Virus record (IMG/VR): IMGVR_UViG_3300042878_001826
Coordinates: 1-64,000 of that record
DNA from: a virus
Reading direction: 5' to 3' (one strand)
Length of the DNA: 64,000 nucleotides
Shown: piece after piece, positions 58,172-64,000 of the stretch
Layout of the letters: every line of letters starts with the position of its first letter
How positions within the stretch are numbered: the stretch's first letter is position 1
Notes under the pieces: generated by a model
The model's database searches: none
Seen by the model: the letters and a program-made list of their open reading frames with translations, nothing else
Told to the model about the DNA's origin: nothing
Position numbers and translations under genes: made by a program

Positions 58172-58702
58172 ATGAAAATAAAGAAATATACACAGTTTTT
58201 AAACGAATCAAGTGGGTTTAGTCTTGGTTGTGTTATGATAGAAGTTCCGGTATCAAACTGGGAAGAAATAACATCATCTATTACAGAAGAAGATCTTTAT
58301 ACAGATGAAGGAAAGCCAGGTATTCAAGATAATCCTCATGTTACTATTCTTTATGGATTACACGAAGAAGTTTCTTTGAATCAAATAAAATCTGTATTTG
58401 AAGGACTAAATGAGCGTATAGATATAAAGATAGAAGGAATAGGAGTATTTGAAAATGAAAACTTTGATGTAGTAAAATTCAATGTTGTTCCAATCGGTAC
58501 TTTACAAAGTCTACACGACAAACTTTCCGAATTTCCAAACTCTAATGAGTATCCAGAATACGAACCACATATAACTATAGCTTATGTTAAAAAAGGAAGT
58601 GGTAAGAAATACGAAGACTTAGAATACAGACATAGTGTTGATAATGTTAATGAAGTATGTTATTCAATACCAGGTGGTTCCAAAGAATATTTCAAAATCT
58701 AA
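58172..58702 (+). CDS. 2H phosphoesterase (T4 57B/Acb1-like)
   Basis: PHVTILYG and YEPHITIAY HxT motifs; MKIKKYTQFLNE N-terminus. Confidence 0.8.
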   Translation: MKIKKYTQFLNESSGFSLGCVMIEVPVSNWEEITSSITEEDLYTDEGKPGIQDNPHVTILYGLHEEVSLNQIKSVFEGLNERIDIKIEGIGVFENENFDVVKFNVVPIGTLQSLHDKLSEFPNSNEYPEYEPHITIAYVKKGSGKKYEDLEYRHSVDNVNEVCYSIPGGSKEYFKI

Positions 58703-58884
58703 TAAACTTATACATCAAATATTTATAGAAAATAAAAAATGATTGAAAGTATTTTGTATCGTGTTATTTTTGGCCGAAAATATATGAAAAAAAATCGAAA
58801 TAACCTAAACTTTTAATCACATTTTTAATATAAATAATAACTAAACAGAGAGTTTAGTATTAAAAACAAATAAAAAGCAATATT

Positions 58885-59850
58885 ATGGCAAATGAAATGG
58901 ATGACCTATTTAATGGAGGTTTAGACAGCAAAATGGACTTCTTAAATGAAGTAAAATCAGGTAACAACAACGACGGAATCTACAGAGTGGATCTTAAATT
59001 GGCAAAAGACGAAAAACGTGGATGGAGATCTGTAGTAAGATTTTTACCTAACTTAACACAAGAAGGAAAGATTGGACAATCTGCGATTGAAAAAATCTCT
59101 CACTATGTAGACATCAAATCTGCGAAAGAATTAAGTGGATGGTTTGACTCAGCGAAAAACTTCAATGAGAAATGTGCATTGACAGATTTGTATTACCAAA
59201 TGCAAAACTCTAAAAATGCAGTATTGATTGAGAAATCAAAACAGTTAAAGTTTTCTAAAAAATACTACTCTTACGTTTTAGTATTAGAAGATGAGCAACA
59301 ACCAGAATTAGTTGGTAAGATCATGGTTTTCCAATACGGTAAAACTATTAAAGACAAAATCATGGCTGAGAAAAACGGAGAAATCTCTGGAGTACCTTGT
59401 AATGTTTTTGACTTATCAGCTGGTAAAGAATTCGTTCTTGTTGTTAAGAAAATCCAAACTGGTGATGAAACATACCCAGATTACAAAGCAAGTATGTTTA
59501 GAGGTGAAACAACTTCATTACCAATCTTCAAAGGTGGTGTTTTCAAAAACGCTCCATTAGAAAATGGTAAGATTGCACCAAACGTACAAGGTGTTGTTAA
59601 AAACTTCTTGTTAGAAAGAACTGTTGAGTTAGAAGATTTCGCTCCAAAGAAATTATCTGAAGAACAACAAGTTAAAATCACAGAGATTAGTAACTTCTTA
59701 ACTGGAAAAGCTAGTTCTTCTTTTTCAAGTGCGAAAGCTGAATCTAAGCCATCATCTGATGACTTCTCTTTTGAAGAAAACTTCTCAGAAAAAACACCAG
59801 CTACATCTACAGCATCTGCAGATGAAGATGATTTTTTCGCAGACATTTAA
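58885..59850 (+). CDS. Single-stranded DNA-binding protein (T4 gp32-like)
   Basis: VRFLP, YYSYVLV..D..PE..GKI.VFQYGK.I, FDL..G..F, YPDY..S; acidic tail DEDDFFADI. Confidence 0.85.
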   Translation: MANEMDDLFNGGLDSKMDFLNEVKSGNNNDGIYRVDLKLAKDEKRGWRSVVRFLPNLTQEGKIGQSAIEKISHYVDIKSAKELSGWFDSAKNFNEKCALTDLYYQMQNSKNAVLIEKSKQLKFSKKYYSYVLVLEDEQQPELVGKIMVFQYGKTIKDKIMAEKNGEISGVPCNVFDLSAGKEFVLVVKKIQTGDETYPDYKASMFRGETTSLPIFKGGVFKNAPLENGKIAPNVQGVVKNFLLERTVELEDFAPKKLSEEQQVKITEISNFLTGKASSSFSSAKAESKPSSDDFSFEENFSEKTPATSTASADEDDFFADI

Positions 59851-59869
59851 TATTTTAAATATTGATATA

Positions 59870-59903
59870 AAAATCCTTGGCAAAAAGTCAAGGATTTTTT
59901 TTT
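59870..59903 (+). terminator. Intrinsic terminator
   Basis: aaaatccttggc-aaaaa-gtcaaggatttt. Confidence 0.75.
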
Positions 59904-59965
59904 ATACCTAAACAAAAGGAATATCAAACTATATAATAGATAGTAAAAAATATAATCATATTATT

Positions 59966-60964
59966 ATGAGCTTTAACAACAGGACATTTAAAGACAACAG
60001 AACAGGAGAAGTGGTAAAAGTAATCGATTCGTTCGAAAACATCGCTATTCTTGAAAACAAAACTAAAATTGATACAAGACGACTTATGGACCCAAATCAT
60101 TTTACGGAGCAAGTTGATCCATCTGCATTTTTTAACACACAAAACGCATACAATGATTTATTTGAAAAAATAAAAACTATTCCGTCAGAAAACATTCCAG
60201 ATGAGAATGGTGAGGTTAGACCAAACGTAAATATCGACAACAACTATAGACCTCCTGTGGAAGATGATAGTGCTGTGATATATGGTAGTATCGATGATGA
60301 GAAAGAAGAGTTGGCTAGAAAATATGGAATAAATCCAGACAACACACAATCAGTTGCTAGACAGAATGAAGCATTTGCAAAGATATTAGAAGATAGTGAA
60401 GAACTTGATGAACTACCAACTATACCTGAACCAAGAAAGATTGTCAATGATGAACCACCGGTTCAAAGAGTTGAAATTGATAGAGATAATGGAACAGTTG
60501 TAGTAAATGGACAAAATTCAGAACCAGTCTATACAAAACCTAAAGAAGATCCTATCTATACAATGTTTAGAGGTGTAAAAAGATCTGTTGAGTTTAGCTT
60601 AGACCTAAAACTAGAAAACAAAATACCTAGATTAGACTTTATAGAAATGATGGAAGACTCTTATGAGAAAAGCATCATTGACTTTTTAGCAGACGAATTT
60701 ATGTCAGAGCTTTTTAAAGATCCTAAGTCTTTAAAAGAAAGTATCAAGGTAAAAATAAAAGATATGGTTTATGGAAAACCAGTAGCTAAGAGATCTACTA
60801 CCAAAAAACCTGTTGCTAAAAAACCTGTCGCTAAACCTGTCGCTAAACGAACAACACCTAAAACGGATATATCAGAAACGCCAACAGACAACATGCCTGG
60901 ACATAGAAATCCACCGGCAGCACCTAAAAAAACTAGGGTAAAAAAAGAAACAGAACAGCAATGA
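59966..60964 (+). CDS. Hypothetical protein with acidic middle and basic KPVAK-repeat tail
   Basis: ORF track; KPVAK repeated four times. Confidence 0.7.
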   Translation: MSFNNRTFKDNRTGEVVKVIDSFENIAILENKTKIDTRRLMDPNHFTEQVDPSAFFNTQNAYNDLFEKIKTIPSENIPDENGEVRPNVNIDNNYRPPVEDDSAVIYGSIDDEKEELARKYGINPDNTQSVARQNEAFAKILEDSEELDELPTIPEPRKIVNDEPPVQRVEIDRDNGTVVVNGQNSEPVYTKPKEDPIYTMFRGVKRSVEFSLDLKLENKIPRLDFIEMMEDSYEKSIIDFLADEFMSELFKDPKSLKESIKVKIKDMVYGKPVAKRSTTKKPVAKKPVAKPVAKRTTPKTDISETPTDNMPGHRNPPAAPKKTRVKKETEQQ

Positions 60965-61371
60965 TAGAAGAAAAATTCCTTGTGGCTGCGGTCAATATTA
61001 AAAGAAGTTATTTAAAGCTGACCTCAAACTTAGATTTCTATAAAAGAAGAGCAGAACAAACTTTAGAAAAACTACAAGACGCATATAATCAGGTAGAAGA
61101 TCTAGAAGGTGAAATAGCCGAATTGAAAAAGAAAAAAGATACAAACGTAGATCCAAACCTGACATCAAAGGTTTTGGATATATTGGCAGAGATAGAACGA
61201 GAAGGAAATAAGATTGAAAAGTTTGTCGAACCTCTAAACAAAGAGATAGAAAAACTTGCGATGGAAGAACAAGAGCTTTATCGAGTAATAGTCGAATCAC
61301 ATCCGAATCTATCAGAAGAACAGATTGTGGAATCTGTAGGACTTAGATTGAAAAAAGAAGGCCTCTCATAA
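60961..61371 (+). CDS. Coiled-coil hypothetical protein
   Basis: ATGA overlap; heptad pattern. Confidence 0.7.
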   Translation: MIEEKFLVAAVNIKRSYLKLTSNLDFYKRRAEQTLEKLQDAYNQVEDLEGEIAELKKKKDTNVDPNLTSKVLDILAEIEREGNKIEKFVEPLNKEIEKLAMEEQELYRVIVESHPNLSEEQIVESVGLRLKKEGLS

Positions 61372-61422
61372 TAATGAGAGGTTTTCTTTTTTTATATATA
61401 ACAAAAAGATTTCAATTCTCAA

Positions 61423-63411
61423 ATGGCTAAAATTTCAAAGTATGTAAAGTTAGATAAAGACATCTTATTGGAGTACATATACAACGATGGAAACATGATC
61501 GGTGATCAGTATAAAATACTCGTGGATTCTAGAGACAACAGAAGGTCTTATATTGCAGGAGATTTAAGTTCTACAGGAAATACAAACATCAAAGGTCAGG
61601 AAAACCAGTTATTTAGATTGGATCAAGTATCAGGAAGATACGGTATTGTAAACCCAGAATATTACTCTTATCTACAATACAAAGAATTTTCAGCGAGTAT
61701 TCCGGTAAGACACGATACAATAAAGGTTCATATACCGATAAACTGGACGTTTGGTGAACATTTAGGATTCTATATAAGAGTATATGGACTTGATGAGACG
61801 AACACAAACCCATTTGAGATATCCAACTTTTACTTTGACATGACTAACGTGTCTCAGCAGTATCTTTTAAACTATTCTGCACCACCACTTCTTTTTCAGG
61901 AAAAACTTTGGGGTAAAAATATACAGATAGAAGTTCCTGCGATAAACGAACTCGCGGCACAAAAGACAGATGGTCTACCTAAAGAAAATAGTATAAACTC
62001 AAATCTTTCTAATGGTATAGGATTAAGTATAACTGCACCTATATTCATAGACTTCTATTTTATCGATGGTATCCAGAAAGTAAACGGAATAACCAGTTAT
62101 ATACTTGCAGGAAAAGTAACGACTACTATTCCACAAGCACCAGAGTTTGAAAGATTGGCACTTATGGTACAACATTCAACTCAAGGAGACTTCTTTGAGA
62201 TATACGGAACATACAACGACAACATAGCAGAGTTCAAAAAGTTCATAGATGATTCTGTGAAGATGGGACATAGATACTACGTTCAATACAACATAACAAC
62301 ATACGAACAAAACATTAGGGGTAAGACTACTACAGTTACAGTTCATGATGGATTCAACGAATCTATCGAGTATAGACCTATTATAAAGTTCTCTACAACG
62401 ACAGCCATAATAGATGTCGAGATGAGACTTGTAGACTCTGTGGACGACTCTTACATACTTAGAAGAGCATCTTATGGTATGTTACAAGATGAAGTTTCTA
62501 AATATAGTACTAACATGCTTAAAATAAATCTTGTGAATGCATCTAAACCTAAAGTTTATAATGTTAAGAATGCAATCGATGCTTCTTTATTAGGTGTTAC
62601 AAATGCAATGGGTAGAACTACAAAACCAAGAGGAAGAATAAACCAAACAACATCAAGTGGTGCAGGTTTCAATGTAGGAATTGCAGTGAATAAAGGTGAT
62701 TTTGGTAGTGGAAATGGATTTGGTGCTGGAGTAGGTGCTAATGGTGGTGCTGGATTTGGTGGTAATGGAAGTGGAAATGGTAACGGAAATGGTAACGGAA
62801 ATGGTTTAGGTGGACAAGTTAAGATAGAGACTATAAAAGTTCCATATCCAGTTCTTATAGACAGAGCAAATATAATCGGTAAGTCTGATAACTCTATATT
62901 TAATAACAATGTTTTCTACGGAAACGCAAAGATGCAAATAAAGATTTATCCATATGACAACATAATCAAATTCATAATAGCATCTGGTGATCCACTAAAA
63001 CCTGACTATTTAGATATGACAGGATTGGGAGAAATAAAGATGACATTTAGAAACGATAATACTACAGAAGAGTTTACTCTTTTGGCAGAATCTACTGATA
63101 TAAACTTAAAATTAGGTCAGGTTGTATTTAAAGTACCACAATCTAAAGTGATATCTATAAAGAAAATATACGAATCAGGAGTAAATCTATTCTATATCAT
63201 AGCGAGTAGTCAAGAAAACGTTTCTGTAGTATATACAGGACTATTCCAGATATTCGACAATCTTGCAAATGTTTCTACTCTTAATAAAGATTCTGTTACA
63301 GAAGGAAACAAACCATCTATTAACCAAGATCCTAATTTACCGAAAGAAACTGCGGTTGTTACTAGAAAACTTATTACTGGAGAAACAGTACCAACTAAAA
63401 AGGGAGGATAA
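61423..63411 (+). CDS. Putative structural protein with Gly/Asn-rich linker
   Basis: TTATATATA upstream; beta-rich composition; adjacent to tail-tube-like gene. Confidence 0.6.
   Translation: MAKISKYVKLDKDILLEYIYNDGNMIGDQYKILVDSRDNRRSYIAGDLSSTGNTNIKGQENQLFRLDQVSGRYGIVNPEYYSYLQYKEFSASIPVRHDTIKVHIPINWTFGEHLGFYIRVYGLDETNTNPFEISNFYFDMTNVSQQYLLNYSAPPLLFQEKLWGKNIQIEVPAINELAAQKTDGLPKENSINSNLSNGIGLSITAPIFIDFYFIDGIQKVNGITSYILAGKVTTTIPQAPEFERLALMVQHSTQGDFFEIYGTYNDNIAEFKKFIDDSVKMGHRYYVQYNITTYEQNIRGKTTTVTVHDGFNESIEYRPIIKFSTTTAIIDVEMRLVDSVDDSYILRRASYGMLQDEVSKYSTNMLKINLVNASKPKVYNVKNAIDASLLGVTNAMGRTTKPRGRINQTTSSGAGFNVGIAVNKGDFGSGNGFGAGVGANGGAGFGGNGSGNGNGNGNGNGLGGQVKIETIKVPYPVLIDRANIIGKSDNSIFNNNVFYGNAKMQIKIYPYDNIIKFIIASGDPLKPDYLDMTGLGEIKMTFRNDNTTEEFTLLAESTDINLKLGQVVFKVPQSKVISIKKIYESGVNLFYIIASSQENVSVVYTGLFQIFDNLANVSTLNKDSVTEGNKPSINQDPNLPKETAVVTRKLITGETVPTKKGG
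62700..62812 (+). repeat. Gly-Asn coding microrepeat
   Basis: ggtaacggaaat tandem copies; GNGSGNGNGNGNGNG. Confidence 0.7.
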
Positions 63412-63426
63412 AAATAATAAAAAACG

Positions 63427-64000
63427 ATGAGATTAAGTAGTCAGAATAGTCAGTTCATATTCAACCTTCCTGGTGATTTTATAAAACCAGAAACGATAAA
63501 CACGTATCAACCAATTTTGGAGAAGAACTGGGTTCAGTACGAAAATGTCATCGATTATCTAAATTCGACAATCAAATCTGTTAACTTTCCAGGTATGTCA
63601 TTTGAGATGCCGAAGCAGATTTTGATGAGAGGTAAGGAACGTCAGTTTAAGCCAGCAAAGAATGTTCAAGATATTACGACAACACACGATTTAACGATTA
63701 CTTTTAGATCTGTGGATTCCGATTTGAACTATTGGCTTATGTTTGATTTACTTTCTAAGCATTATATGGACGTAGAAAACTCGTTCTTGAACCCATTCAC
63801 AATAACGTGTGTGGATATACACAGAGATGCTTTGTATGTGATAAGATTCTATGAGATAATATTGAAGTCTTTGTCAGAAAACACATTTAACTATTCTTCA
63901 CAAAAAGTAACAAGTAAAGACTTCACTCTTGCCTTCCATTTTAACTTCTATGATATAGAGTTTATGTTAGACAAAAGTAAAGTTCTGGAACTTGGTGCGT
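63427..64000 (+). CDS. Tail tube / tail completion-like protein (partial, runs off window)
   Basis: Open frame MRLSSQNSQFIFNLP..IKSVNFPG..DLTITFRSVD..NYWLMFD, reminiscent of the gp19/gp3 family. Confidence 0.5.
   Translation, partial: MRLSSQNSQFIFNLPGDFIKPETINTYQPILEKNWVQYENVIDYLNSTIKSVNFPGMSFEMPKQILMRGKERQFKPAKNVQDITTTHDLTITFRSVDSDLNYWLMFDLLSKHYMDVENSFLNPFTITCVDIHRDALYVIRFYEIILKSLSENTFNYSSQKVTSKDFTLAFHFNFYDIEFMLDKSKVLELGA

Noticed and set aside
1-64000. Bacterial chromosome origin (dnaK, nusG, ahcY, two-component genes)
   Set aside because: Interspersed with T4-like gp32, gp13, split topoisomerase, Rnl1, late-type motifs and many orphan ORFs; the pattern fits a jumbo phage
1-64000. Stop-codon reassignment as in some large Bacteroidota phages
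   Set aside because: Conserved genes are full length under the standard code, and TAA, TAG and TGA all terminate genes at sensible positions
1-64000. CRISPR array, tRNA or rRNA genes
   Set aside because: No regularly spaced repeats or cloverleaf seen by eye; intergenic gaps are short. A tRNAscan run would be needed to be certain

Overview
AT-rich, gene-dense 64-kb segment of a T4-like jumbo myophage, most likely infecting a Bacteroidota host. Host evidence: recurrent TAnnTTTG promoter elements, no obvious Shine-Dalgarno motifs, and a T9SS-cargo-like gene. Core phage genes: split type IIA topoisomerase, RNase H/FEN, gp32-like SSB, nrdB, dCMP deaminase, RNA ligase 1, gp13-like neck protein, two fibre-like LamG/DUF1566 proteins and a partial tail-tube-like gene. 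Host-like accessory genes: dnaK/grpE/dnaJ, nusG, prkA-yeaH-spoVR, a histidine kinase/response regulator module, ahcY next to a C5 methyltransferase, uvsE, rhomboid, cyanophycinase, LOG, Nudix and a 2H phosphoesterase. The most striking unexplained structure is at the peptide level. (1) About 18 otherwise unrelated small proteins share a C-terminal R-[DE]-x-[KQR]-[LI]-x-x-[LI]-[LG] tag, and several of them appear to consist of short fragments of major capsid, portal or prohead-protease sequence fused to it (candidate decoy/adaptor system). (2) About 9 other proteins, mostly behind a TAATATATA late-type motif, carry an N-terminal MKx[LI]Kx[FY]xx[FY]xxE peptide resembling the T4 capsid-targeting sequence; one is an Acb1-like 2H enzyme. 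Both promoter classes often sit exactly 4 nt before the ATG, suggesting leaderless mRNAs. All family assignments come from motif recognition by eye; no searches were run.
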